Positions 51,778-62,604 of a stretch of 64,000 nucleotides of DNA are shown here, one piece after another (positions within the stretch are counted from its first letter, which is position 1; the number at the start of each line of letters is the position of its first letter). The stretch comes from an uncultured Phycisphaerales bacterium. GTDB taxonomy: Bacteria; Planctomycetota; Phycisphaerae; Tepidisphaerales; Tepidisphaeraceae. Under the pieces are notes generated by a model. The model was not told where the DNA came from. It made no database searches and saw nothing but the letters and a program-made list of their open reading frames with translations. The DNA lies in contig CAVWVQ010000003.1 of the NCBI GenBank assembly GCA_963758525.1, positions 2,208,001 to 2,272,000 of the forward strand. Direction: 5' to 3'. A program made the position numbers and the translations under genes.

Positions 51778-51882
51778 GGTTAGCCGCGACGCGCAGCGGA
51801 GCGCGTATTTTGGGAGTTGCCACTGGGCGACATAGCGTGCTTCTCGCTCGAATACGCGCTCCGCTGCGCGTCGCGGCTAACC
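51778..51882. repeat. Intergenic copy of the same doublet with perfect 32-bp inverted arms
   Basis: 51778-51809 is the exact reverse complement of 51851-51882. Confidence 0.92.
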
Positions 51883-51968
51883 CGGGGGAGGATGGGCGGT
51901 AATCCTTTAATCACAGCTGATCGCGTCTCCCGTCGAATCCCGTTCCGCGAATGCTATACTCGCATCCA

Positions 51969-53062
51969 ATGCAGACGGCTCAGCGTATTCTCGTGGTGCA
52001 GCCGAGCTGGGTCGGGGATGCCGTCATGGCAACCCCGACGTTGCGGGCGTTGCGCGGCGCGTTCCCGTCCGCGCATATCAGCTACCTGCTTCGCCGATAC
52101 GTCAAACCGCTCTATGCGGGAATGCCGTGGGCCGATCAGTTGATTACCTATCGAACGGGAAAGGGGCCGTCGAAAACGGGAAAAGGCCTCTTCGAAATTG
52201 CCGGCCGGCTGCGGGCGGGTAATTTTGATCTGGCGGTGCTCCTGCCCAATTCCTTCAAGACGGCGCTGCTCTGCAAGATGGCGATGATCCCGCGCGTGGT
52301 CGGCTACGACCGCGATGGACGGGGATTTTTGCTGACGGACAAGTTGCTGGCCGTCAAGGAAAAGGGGAGGTTCGTCCCGATGCCGCTGGTGAAGACGTAT
52401 CTTGGACTCGCCCACTACGTGGCGCAGCCGATCGCGATTTGCGCATGGAGTTGTTTGTCACAGAGAGTGAAGCGCGCAACGCGCGCGAAGTGCTGACGCG
52501 TTGCGGATTGCCCCCGGATCTGGAGCGGCCGGCGGCCGCGGGCGCGCCGCCGCTGGTTCTGCTGAACCCCGGCGCCCACTACGGCGCGGCCAAGTGCTGG
52601 CGGCCGGAATATTTCGCCGAGCTGGCAGATCGTCTGATCGATGAGATGCGGGCCACGGTGTTGATCAGCGCCGCGCCCAAAGAGCGACCCATCGTGGATG
52701 CGATCAAGCAGTACATGCGGCGCACTCCAATCGACCTGTCGCAACATGGCATGACGCTTGGGAGCCTCAAGGAGATCGTCCGACGGTGCGATTTGATGAT
52801 CACCAATGACACCGGCCCCAGGCACATTGCCGCGGCGCTGAATGTACCGGTCATCACGCTCTTTGGGCCGACGCATCCGGAGTGGACGGAGATTTATTAC
52901 GCACGGGAACGGCAATTGGCCGTCAAGGTATTCTGCGGCCCGTGCCAGAAAAAAGTCTGTCCGCTCGATCACCGATGCATGAAGCTGCTGACCCCGGCCA
53001 TGGTTTTCGACGCCGCCGGCCCGCTGCTAAACACCATACGTTCTTTGCCGATCATTACTTAG
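51969..53062 (+). CDS. waaF: LPS heptosyltransferase II (GT9), apparent frameshift near 52425
   Basis: PSWVGDAVMATP, LPNSFKTA, NPGAHYGAAKCW, TNDTGPRHIAAA, LFGPT. Confidence 0.88.
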
Positions 53063-53230
53063 CTCGCGCCTCAACCTCGTCTCGATCGTCGCTTCTATCC
53101 AAATCCTCGCACAACCTTCATCGGTTCTAAATGTTACGCCCGATGATTCCCCCGGATGCGAATTCGCTCGACGGCTGCGCGTCTCGAATCTTCTTCCCTC
53201 CATGTCCCAGAAAGGTCCCGGCGCGTCGGG

Positions 53231-54244
53231 ATGCCTTCGGGCGGTGGCGCCTTGGCTCCGGACTCTCCTTCCCTTCGTGCCTCCGTGCCGCAGTTTACCC
53301 GCCGCGGCGGGTGCCTTCGTGCCTCTCCCCACAACGCTTTCACCCTTGTCGAGCTTTTGGTTGTCATTGGTATTATCGCCCTGCTCATTGCAATTTTGTT
53401 GCCAGTGCTTGCCAAGGCGCGCGAAGCGGCCCGCGAGACCAGGTGTCAAAGCAATCTTCGGCAGCTTGGGATAGGTTTGCAGATGTACTGCGATGCGAAC
53501 AAAGGACTCATTCCGGCTGACAGCAACAGCGGCAGCAAGTCGAACCCCGTGGACGCCATCAACGGCCTTTATCTCAGTTGGAGCGGCCCAGAGATGTGGT
53601 TCAACGCGATTCCGCCGATGATCAACCTTCCCGCCTATTACGACTTGATCAGCGCTGCGCCACCCACAGGAGGAGCTCCGGTCCCGACGATTTCTGACAA
53701 TTCGGTCTTTATCTGCCCATCCTGCAATACACTGGCGATCGCCACCGGAGAGACAGCCAATGTCACCGTGAACAATAACAGCTATTTCCTGATTTTTGGC
53801 GATCCGCCCGCCAATCGCGGCAACTATGTGAAGGCGTCGACCGTGCAGCTTCCCACTTGCATGTGTTACGTCCCCAATTCCAAGATCCTGAGCGGCAAGA
53901 ATCCTCGGCCGAAGCTGAGCCAGATGATTCCGTCATCCAACGTGGCAGTGTTTGTTGAGAAGAGAATGTCGCCCGGCGAAATCAACCAGACGGATCTGCA
54001 GTATACGGCTCTCACCACCCCCGCCGCGACGTCGGTGCAGAGCACGGCATTGGGTCAGCTTTCCGCATCATGGACGCGATTCACCAGCCGCCACCGCAAC
54101 GGCGGATACATCTGCTTCGCGGACGGTCACGTCGGCTGGTATACGCTGGACCAGGTGAATTTCCCGCCCAACATCGTCGCCGGCATTGACGACTACAACG
54201 ATCCGGCGAATGTGATCTGGAATCCGTTCGGAACAGCGCCGTAG
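53231..54244 (+). CDS. DUF1559-type prepilin N-terminal cleavage/methylation protein with H-X9-DG motif; start 53156 or 53231
   Basis: [52 protein letters not shown]. Confidence 0.9.
   Translation: MPSGGGALAPDSPSLRASVPQFTRRGGCLRASPHNAFTLVELLVVIGIIALLIAILLPVLAKAREAARETRCQSNLRQLGIGLQMYCDANKGLIPADSNSGSKSNPVDAINGLYLSWSGPEMWFNAIPPMINLPAYYDLISAAPPTGGAPVPTISDNSVFICPSCNTLAIATGETANVTVNNNSYFLIFGDPPANRGNYVKASTVQLPTCMCYVPNSKILSGKNPRPKLSQMIPSSNVAVFVEKRMSPGEINQTDLQYTALTTPAATSVQSTALGQLSASWTRFTSRHRNGGYICFADGHVGWYTLDQVNFPPNIVAGIDDYNDPANVIWNPFGTAP
53271..53323. repeat. 53-bp GGCACGAA element in the prepilin leader region
   Basis: Reverse complement of 46881-46933 with one mismatch; central CCCGCCGCGGCGGG palindrome. 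Confidence 0.9.
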
Positions 54245-54322
54245 CGCGGCAGGTTGTCGCCCCGCCTGGTGGTGACGGCACGCCAAATCAAGGCCCTGTT
54301 GAATGGCGAGTTGAGCCATGCA

Positions 54323-56022
54323 TCAATTTCCACTCGTCGACAATCTCTTTTCGTCCAGCATGCCTTGGTAAGCGTTCTCGACATTTCGCGCCAACCTGCG
54401 CCCGTCGGTCAGCGTTGACCGGCGGACGGTTTCCCGCAATGAGCCGCGAAGCGCCGCGAGGCGGTTCAAATCCTGGGTCTGCGTCACAGCGATCTGCGAG
54501 AATTCGCTTACCGAGGTGGCAATCCATTCCTTCATGTTCAATGCCGTCAGGACGTCGGCACCCGTGCGCGCCGCGAACGTCTGGCCGGCCAGGGTGATCA
54601 CCGGCACGCCCATCCACAGCGCGTGGCATGACGTGGGATGGGCCGCGACGGGAGTGGTGTCAAGAAAAACGTCGAATTGGCCGTGAGCCGCGAGATAGTC
54701 GGCAAAAGGCAGGCGCCGGCTGAAGCTGATTCGTCGCGGGTCGATGCCGGTAGCTTTGAAAGCATCGAGCACGCGCTGGTGGCCCGCGCCGAATTCATTG
54801 GGAGTGCCGAGCAGAAACAGCCGTGAGTCGCGAATCGCGCCAGAACGCCCGACCAGAGTTCCAGACATTCCGGCGAGATTTTTTCGAGCCGGGCGGCGGA
54901 CGCGAAGCTCAGATAGCCGCGTTGCGATGCCGGCAGGGGTGCAACCGGCGGAGCATCGAGCGGCGGCTGGTAGCAGGCGAAAGGCTCGGGAAGTCGCCAT
55001 AGTTGCTCAGTATAAAACCGGTCGCTTTGTCCCGGCGGATTCAAGACCTGGTCAGTCAGGCAATAATCGACGCTGGATAAGCCAGTGGTCGCCGGATATC
55101 CAAGGTAGGTCACCTGAACCGGCGCCAGGCGATGCGCGAAAATGGGCAGGCGATTCCCGGCGCTGTGTCCGGCAAGGTCGACCAGCACGTCCGGCGCGTC
55201 GTCGCTGATCGATTGGATTGCCTGTGCATCTGAGACTCCGCTGATGTCGCGCCATCGGTCACAATGGCCCCGCATCCGCGTGGTAACGTGATCCGCGTAG
55301 GTGCTGTTGCTGTAACAGATCACTTCAAACGAGTGCCGGTCGTGGTTGGCCAGCAGCGGCTCGATGAAGAACGCCGCGGCGTGCTGCCGCAGATCAGCCG
55401 AGACGTATCCGACGCGAATGCGCCCGGGCTGTCTTGTCGGGGGATGCACGAATGCCCGCTCGGCCGGCGGCGCGTGGGCGCTGGCCCAAGCGCGGTGTTC
55501 CTCGAACCGCTCGACATCGCCACGAGTGGAGTCGTACTGCAGGCTGAAGACGAAATTGCTGTGAGCCGTGGCGCTCCGGGGGCAAAGATCAACCGCGCGA
55601 CGAAATGCTGCCAACGCCTCGGGAACGAAACCCATTTCCAGCAGGGTTCTGCCCGCATTATTGAATGCCGGGGAAAAATCGCGGCGCAGTGCGATGGCGC
55701 GCTCGAAGCTGCGCAGCGACCCAGCCAGTTGGCCTTGCGAGCGGAGAACCTCACCAAGATTATTGAAAAAATCGGGAACAGTGGGATCCAGCGCAATCGA
55801 ACGCGACATCAGGCGAACGGCAGTGGGTCCATCCCCACGCTGATGCGCGATCAGCCCGAGGAAATGATTTGCGGCCGCATGATCCGGATCGCTTGCGAGA
55901 ATTGCGCGGTACGCCGTTTCGGCTTCGGTCAATCGACCGTTTCGGTGGCAGTCAGTGGCAGCGCCAATCTGATCCTCAACGTTTTGAGCAAGCCCGATAG
56001 CAGTGGCCTTGTGCTGACTCAT
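54323..56022 (-). CDS. TPR + GT41 (SPINDLY/OGT-like) protein glycosyltransferase, apparent frameshift near 54835
   Basis: TPR repeats; RVGYVSADLRQH, DLAGHS, APVQVTYLGYPATTG, LDT, ALWMGVPVITLAG. Confidence 0.88.
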
Positions 56023-56220
56023 CAGCGTTGCAGCATACCGCTCTTCGCCTTCGCCTCCTCTCTCTTAGCCCAATCCCGTTAAATCGTTCGCGTGAAATTA
56101 GCAATGCCTTCTTTCCAGCTTTATGTAACCGCCTATCCTGCGTCACCCTGTCATCCATCGCACTGGTGACATGTGGAGGCAGTCAATCGAAATCGAGTCA
56201 GGGAACTTGGAGAAACAATC

Positions 56221-59200
56221 ATGGGAAAACGATTCAAGAATAGGAAACCTTCCGCCCAAGCCAAAATTGCGTTAGCTGTTGCAGCAAGCAGCTTGGCAAT
56301 GCGGGCGGCACACGCAGCGTCGGTCTATGTTACCTACAGCGGCGGGACCTATGCGCCGTCGTTCAGCACTTTGCCATTTGGATCAACAGAAACCACCAGT
56401 TACACCACCACTACCGGCACGGCTTCGCTGGCGACGGAATACAACGTCTCCGCCCTGAACGGGTGGTACGGCAACTCGGGCAACGGAAAGTACGCGTCCG
56501 GGACGCCTAGCACGACCACGGGCGAAATCTTCAGCTTTGGCAGTTCGTCGAGCAATCAGTCCATCGGCGCGATCAGCACCAGCAGCACCGGAATTGAAAC
56601 CTTCGGCGTCGAACTGGAAAATAATACCGGCAACAGCCTGAACCAGGTCAGCATCAGCTTCACCGACACGCTGTGGTGGCAGAATAGCGGTTCGAAATAT
56701 TTGAAGTTTGGCCTCGCGCTCGACAATACCCCAGGGAACGTCACGGCCGATGCCATTCCGACTACCTTTAGCGCATCGCTGACATCCGGCAACATCGTCG
56801 AGCAGACCGCGCTCGAACACACGTTTGCCACCGGTGGAACAGGCGCCACTTTGCAGACATACCCGCAAAGCACTGACACCATCAGCCTGGCCAGTGATCC
56901 ATTGGTCGCGGGCGGATCCATTTGGCTGGTTTGGCAGACGAGTTCGAGTAGCGGGACGTCTCAGGGCGTGGGCGTCAACAATCTCTCGTTCTCAGCGGCA
57001 AACGTCAGCAGCACCAACACGGACACATGGACCGGCTCGGCAACTTCGCACTGGAACGCCTCGGACGCCAACTGGAACACCACCGCATCGGGAACCAAGT
57101 TCACCCAAAACGACGCGGTCATCTTTGCCGACACCGCCTCCCCGAGCTATTCCATCACCGTCGACACCGTCGCCGGCAGCGGAGTTGCTGCATCCAGCGT
57201 CTTGTTCTCCGCAAATTCAACCGCCTACAGCTTTTCCGGCGGATCCATCAACGACCCTACCACCGGCGGCTCAGCCATCGTCACGCTGTCCGGATCGGGA
57301 ACGGTAACCTTCGGTGCTTCCAATAGTTATAGCGGCGGCACAGTAATCAGCGCCGGCACGCTCGTCGCAAGCGGGGGCGACAATCGGCTTGGAGCCAGCG
57401 CCGGAGCCATTACGATTGCCGGGGGAACGCTCAAGACCGCTGCCTCTGGAATCACCTCCGCCCGGAATCTCACCGTAAACCCCGGCGCCGTCGCCGGAAC
57501 CGGCACCTTCAATACCAACAGCCTCGCATCCTCCACAAGCGGCACGACCACGATCAACGACACTTTCAACGTCACCGGAGGCGGAAGTCTCGCGCTCGAC
57601 GGCGCAGTCACCTTCGGCACGGGGACTTACACGGGAGCGGTGAGCATTGCGTCCGGTACGACCCTGACGTTCGGGCAGAGTGCCGGGACGATCAATCAAC
57701 CCTACGGCGGAACCAACCATGGCACGCTCGCGATCGGGGGGCCGATACAAGCGCAATTCGAAGGGATTTTCGCCGGCGCCGACGGCCAAATCCAGTTGCT
57801 GGCCAGCGGCGCCAACATCACGAACGTCAAGTCCACGCTCGCGTCGGCCAACGTGATCAATCAGGCGATTTCGCTCAACCCCGGCAACCTCGTCGGCGGC
57901 GGCGCGGGATCCGTCCAAAACGGCGGCGGATACGTGGCAGGCAACTTTATCGCCACCCTCGGCGGGACCACCGCCATTTCCGGCTCGACGATTTACGGTC
58001 TGACCGTCAACGGAAACATTACCGGCAACGCCGACCTGAACATCGGCAACGCCGCAGTGGGCGGCGGGAGCGGCTACCTCTATTTGAACGGCACAAATTC
58101 GTATGCCGGTGCCACAACAATTAATCTAAACAACGGCACCGTCGTTCTCGGTTCGAGCCAGGCGCTGCCATCCACCACCGACCTGGTCTTCGGGACCCTC
58201 GGCGGCGCCGTGATCGGCAAACCCTTCCTCGACCTCCACGGGTTCAACACGACTGTGAATTCGCTGTCCGACGGCGCGAACGTGATCGCCGGGACCGGCC
58301 TGACCATTACCAACACGGGCGGAGGCACCTCTCTGTTCACCGTCAGCGGGTCAACCACTCCCGCCAACGGATTCAGCGGCACTCTGGCCGACGGCGCCTC
58401 CAGCTCCGGCGTGCTCGCGCTGCAAAAAAGCGGCAGCAGCACGTTAAGCCTCACGGGAAGCAGTACATACAGCGGGAGCACCGTCGTCAGCGGGGGAACT
58501 CTGGCGTTGAACGGCGCCGGTCAGATCAATACCACCAGCGGCATCACCGTCAGCGGAAGCGGCGCGAAATTTGTTCAAAACAGCAGTGTCCCTGTTTCAC
58601 AACCCGTTGCTCTCAACACCGGCACCGTCGACGGCACAACGACAATCAATTCGACCGTAACCGTCGCGGATAGCGCAAATAACGTCATCGCGGCAGGCAA
58701 CGGCGGCGCGGGGACGCTGACGATCGCGAATCTGACTTTCAACGGGGCCGGAACCTTCCAGGTTGCAAGCAATCAACTCGTTTCCGTCACCGGCGCCCTC
58801 AGCGCGGGCGGCGCGGTGAAGCTCAATTCCTCCGCCACGGCATGGGCCAATGGGCAGTTCTACGACCTGGTCAACTACGGCAGCGTTGTAAATCTTGGCA
58901 ACATCACGCTGGGGACCGTCACCGGGACCAACAGCCGGCAGACTCCGTCACTGACTACCAGCAATTCGGGAGAGATTGGCATTACGATCAACGGCGACAG
59001 CCCGGCATGGACCGGCGCAACCAACGGCAACTGGGACACTGCGGCGTATAACTGGAAGCTCATTGCCGCGGGAACGGCCACACAATACATCAACAGTCCC
59101 GGAGACGCGGTTCTGTTTGACGACACTCATCTGGCGCCCGGTGGCGCCACCAACATTTCGATTCAGACCGGCGGCGTCACCCCCACCAGCGTCACATTCA

Positions 59201-61668
59201 ACAATTCAACCGCGACATACGCGTTTACGGATGCGGACGGCAGCAACGGCATCGGCGGAACAACCTCGGTCGTGATGACCGGCACCGGCATCGTGAGCTT
59301 CGGCGGATCAAACTCGTATACGGGCGGCACGTTCATCAGTGCCGGAACATTGCGACTGGGCGTCAGCAATGCCTTGCCAAACGGAGCAGTTTCCATTGCG
59401 AATGCCGCCGGCGCACTGCTCGATCTGAACGGCCACAATCAGGCCATTACCGAGCTCTTTGGCGGAGGAACGACCGGAGGCAACGTCGCCCTGGGCGGGG
59501 CAACGCTTACCGTCGGCGATTCCACTTCGCAGACGTTCTCCGGGGTCATCGCTGACGGAGGCGGCAACAGCAGCGGAACCGGCGGTTCCCTGGTCAAAAC
59601 CGGCTCTGGAACACTCACCTTGGGCGCGTCGGAATCGTATGGAGGCGCGACCAGCGTCAGCGGCGGAACGCTCGCATTGACCACCGGAAATGTCGGCCTG
59701 CTTCCCTCCACCACCAAGCTCACTCTGCTCAGCGGGACGACGTTTCTGCTCAACGCGAATCAGCAGCAAATCGCCGAGCTTTCCGACGGCGGAACCGCCG
59801 GCGGCCAGGTGAGCATCAACAACCCGGGAAACTCGACGGGCGCGACGCTTTTGGTTGGCGACTCGATTGCCGATTCCACCTTTGCCGGCAAGGTGTCCGG
59901 CTCGGGAAATCTGGTGAAAACCGGCAGCGACAATCTCACCTTGTCCGGAACAACTAGTTATAGCGGGACAACGACCGTCAGTGGCGGGACGCTGACCTTG
60001 TCCGGCCCTGGAACCGGCAACGGCACAAGCACTTACGCGGGAGTCTCGGTTCTGGGCGGAGGAAAAATCGTCTACTCGATGACCGGGCAAACGGCCCCAA
60101 CGATCAGCAGCCCCAGCATCGCCTCCGGCGGGACCGTGGTGCTCAACGAGAGCGGCAGTCCAACGGTTACGGTAAGCAACGCCACGATAGACGGTACACT
60201 CACCGTCAGCGCTCCGCTGCAGGTGACGGTCAGTGGAAACTATGCGGGCTCCGACGGCCAGATTCAGGTCACGGCAAGCGGCGCCAACATCACCAACGTC
60301 AAGTCGACGCTGGCGTCGGGCAATGTGATCAATCAGGCGATTTCGCTCAATCCTGGCGATGTCGTCAGCAACGGGGCGGGATCGGTCACCGATGGCGGGG
60401 GATACGTTCCCGGCAACCTCATTTTCACCATTGGCGGGACCTCCGCCGTTTCCGGCTCGTCGATCTATGGCCTGACCGTCAACGGCAGCATCACCGGCCA
60501 CGCCGACCTGAACATCGCCAACGCTGCTGTTGGCGGTGGAAGCGGCTACGTCTACTTGAACGCCTCAAATTCATATACCGGCGTAACCACGCTCAATATG
60601 AACAACGGGACGGTCGTGCTCGGCAACAGCGGCGCACTGGGAGGACGCGATTTGGTCTACGGCACCGTCACTGGTACGGGCAAGCAAATACTCGACCTCA
60701 GCGGGACCAACCCGACCATCGCGTCGCTCTCCGACGGTGCTTCCGTAACGCCCGGCACCAACGTACTGACCATCACCAACACGGGTGGCGGGAACTCCGT
60801 TCTGGCCATCAACGGCAGCAACACTCCCGCCAAAGCATTCAGCGGGATATTGGCTGACGGCGCGTCTAATTCTGGCACGCTCGGGCTCTATAAAGCGGGC
60901 TCGAGCACACTCACTCTGACTGGTTCCAGCAACACGTACAGCGGCGGAACTGAAATTTACGCAGGCGCCATCCGCGCCAACGGGAGCAACTCCCTGGGCA
61001 GCGGCACTGTCGCCGTCGACTCCGGGGCGACCCTGGGCGGCAGTGGCACGATCAACAACACAACCAACGCCATCACCATCAGCAGCGGCGGCACAATCAC
61101 CGCCGGCGCGGATGCGACTCATACTGCGGGCCTCACCACCGGCTCCCAGTCGTGGAACGGCGGCGGAACGTACGCGTGGAAAATCAACACCGACGCCGCT
61201 TCCGGCGGAGCCGCCGGCGCCAGCACTGGGTGGGACGAGCTCACGCTGAGCGCGTTGAACGTCACCTCGGCAGGACCACTATTCACCATCAACGTGCAAA
61301 GCTTTGGCAATAACGCGTCTGGCAGCCCCGTCGCCGGCTTCAACCACAGTGCCGACGACCGATGGACCATCGCCCAGATCAACGGACCGGTCGTCATCGG
61401 CGGGGTTCCGCAGAGCACGACGCAGGCGACGCAACTCACCAACACCGGCTCCGACATCTTCGCGTTGAACACCAACGGCTTTGCAACGGCCAACGGAGAC
61501 GGTCCCAGTTCGTTCTTCGTGCTCGAACTGGTCCCAACCGGCAGCGGCAACGACAGCCTGGTGCTTGAGTACAGCGCCACGCCCGAACCCGCGACGCTCG
61601 TGCTGGCAATGGGCGGCATCGTTCCGATGCTGCTCGGCCGCCGGCGGCGAAAAGCCAAAGCCATGTGA
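56221..61668 (+). CDS. Giant secreted autotransporter-associated beta-strand repeat protein with PEP-CTERM sorting signal
   Basis: GGAG RBS; signal peptide; repeated LxKxGxGTLTLxGxxxYxGxTxVxxGTL; C-terminal TPEPATLVLAMGGIVPMLLGRRRRK. Confidence 0.92.
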   Translation: MGKRFKNRKPSAQAKIALAVAASSLAMRAAHAASVYVTYSGGTYAPSFSTLPFGSTETTSYTTTTGTASLATEYNVSALNGWYGNSGNGKYASGTPSTTTGEIFSFGSSSSNQSIGAISTSSTGIETFGVELENNTGNSLNQVSISFTDTLWWQNSGSKYLKFGLALDNTPGNVTADAIPTTFSASLTSGNIVEQTALEHTFATGGTGATLQTYPQSTDTISLASDPLVAGGSIWLVWQTSSSSGTSQGVGVNNLSFSAANVSSTNTDTWTGSATSHWNASDANWNTTASGTKFTQNDAVIFADTASPSYSITVDTVAGSGVAASSVLFSANSTAYSFSGGSINDPTTGGSAIVTLSGSGTVTFGASNSYSGGTVISAGTLVASGGDNRLGASAGAITIAGGTLKTAASGITSARNLTVNPGAVAGTGTFNTNSLASSTSGTTTINDTFNVTGGGSLALDGAVTFGTGTYTGAVSIASGTTLTFGQSAGTINQPYGGTNHGTLAIGGPIQAQFEGIFAGADGQIQLLASGANITNVKSTLASANVINQAISLNPGNLVGGGAGSVQNGGGYVAGNFIATLGGTTAISGSTIYGLTVNGNITGNADLNIGNAAVGGGSGYLYLNGTNSYAGATTINLNNGTVVLGSSQALPSTTDLVFGTLGGAVIGKPFLDLHGFNTTVNSLSDGANVIAGTGLTITNTGGGTSLFTVSGSTTPANGFSGTLADGASSSGVLALQKSGSSTLSLTGSSTYSGSTVVSGGTLALNGAGQINTTSGITVSGSGAKFVQNSSVPVSQPVALNTGTVDGTTTINSTVTVADSANNVIAAGNGGAGTLTIANLTFNGAGTFQVASNQLVSVTGALSAGGAVKLNSSATAWANGQFYDLVNYGSVVNLGNITLGTVTGTNSRQTPSLTTSNSGEIGITINGDSPAWTGATNGNWDTAAYNWKLIAAGTATQYINSPGDAVLFDDTHLAPGGATNISIQTGGVTPTSVTFNNSTATYAFTDADGSNGIGGTTSVVMTGTGIVSFGGSNSYTGGTFISAGTLRLGVSNALPNGAVSIANAAGALLDLNGHNQAITELFGGGTTGGNVALGGATLTVGDSTSQTFSGVIADGGGNSSGTGGSLVKTGSGTLTLGASESYGGATSVSGGTLALTTGNVGLLPSTTKLTLLSGTTFLLNANQQQIAELSDGGTAGGQVSINNPGNSTGATLLVGDSIADSTFAGKVSGSGNLVKTGSDNLTLSGTTSYSGTTTVSGGTLTLSGPGTGNGTSTYAGVSVLGGGKIVYSMTGQTAPTISSPSIASGGTVVLNESGSPTVTVSNATIDGTLTVSAPLQVTVSGNYAGSDGQIQVTASGANITNVKSTLASGNVINQAISLNPGDVVSNGAGSVTDGGGYVPGNLIFTIGGTSAVSGSSIYGLTVNGSITGHADLNIANAAVGGGSGYVYLNASNSYTGVTTLNMNNGTVVLGNSGALGGRDLVYGTVTGTGKQILDLSGTNPTIASLSDGASVTPGTNVLTITNTGGGNSVLAINGSNTPAKAFSGILADGASNSGTLGLYKAGSSTLTLTGSSNTYSGGTEIYAGAIRANGSNSLGSGTVAVDSGATLGGSGTINNTTNAITISSGGTITAGADATHTAGLTTGSQSWNGGGTYAWKINTDAASGGAAGASTGWDELTLSALNVTSAGPLFTINVQSFGNNASGSPVAGFNHSADDRWTIAQINGPVVIGGVPQSTTQATQLTNTGSDIFALNTNGFATANGDGPSSFFVLELVPTGSGNDSLVLEYSATPEPATLVLAMGGIVPMLLGRRRRKAKAM

Positions 61669-61701
61669 GGTGACCGCTCTCAGAACGGCGGATGTTGATG
61701 A

Positions 61702-62604
61702 TCAGCGGTTTACGTTGGGAATGTCGCTCCACTGCAGCGGCATGCGTGGATTGCGGGTTGCAATGGTTGCCGTCGTACTGGGAGGAGTGGTCTGCTTCAT
61801 CCAGACCTCGTCGCCCGAGGAGTCGAGGTACTCTGCCTGCCAGCTCGGAACGGGCGTAGCGGGACTGCCAGTCAGTGCCTTGGGCGAGACTTTTTCCAGG
61901 GGCAGCGTCTCGGATTCTGCATGCCCATCGACGAAGAGAACGTTGCACGCGCCGCGATGGCGCAACATGGGGCACGACGCCACGCCGAGCGTGAGTCCAT
62001 TGGGATCCACTGACATCGCCTTGCTTTGAGTCTGGCTGCCGACGCCCGTGATATCCATCGAAATACCGTCTGCCATCAGCACGAAATTGCTGGAGTTCGG
62101 CAGTTGCACCTGCTTGACCTGGACGAAAGTGCCGCCGCTGCCGTAATGCCGCAGGCAACTATTCATCTTGTAACTGTGGGTCAACTCGCTGTCAGTTTCG
62201 GTCGAACTGGTTTGGCTGTCATTTGAGTTGCTGGTGAGGCTGAGCAAGTTGTTGACAAGAGGGCATTGCTTGTATTCGCTGTAAGCGCGGTTATTCACTG
62301 CGGCACTCGATGTTGAGCTGCGATTGTTGTTCGCGATCGAGTTCAGATACTGGTCAATGACGCTGAACCACAGAACGCGATCTCCGTAGGTTGTCTCCGG
62401 GAACGGCAGATATCCCTTGTGCTCGTCGGCATACATCTCAAACGCCTGGCCGCAGGTGCGCAGGTTTGCAAGACATTTGAGCGTGATCGCCTGCTCTCTG
62501 GCGCGTGCCAGCACAGGCAGCAGAATCGCAATCAGCAGCGCGATAATGCCGATGACCACCAATAGTTCGATCAACGTAAATGCTTTGCATCTCGGTCTGT
62601 TCAT
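61702..62604 (-). CDS. DUF1559-type prepilin protein with H-X9-DG motif
   Basis: [46 protein letters not shown]. Confidence 0.9.
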   Translation of the reverse strand: MNRPRCKAFTLIELLVVIGIIALLIAILLPVLARAREQAITLKCLANLRTCGQAFEMYADEHKGYLPFPETTYGDRVLWFSVIDQYLNSIANNNRSSTSSAAVNNRAYSEYKQCPLVNNLLSLTSNSNDSQTSSTETDSELTHSYKMNSCLRHYGSGGTFVQVKQVQLPNSSNFVLMADGISMDITGVGSQTQSKAMSVDPNGLTLGVASCPMLRHRGACNVLFVDGHAESETLPLEKVSPKALTGSPATPVPSWQAEYLDSSGDEVWMKQTTPPSTTATIATRNPRMPLQWSDIPNVNR

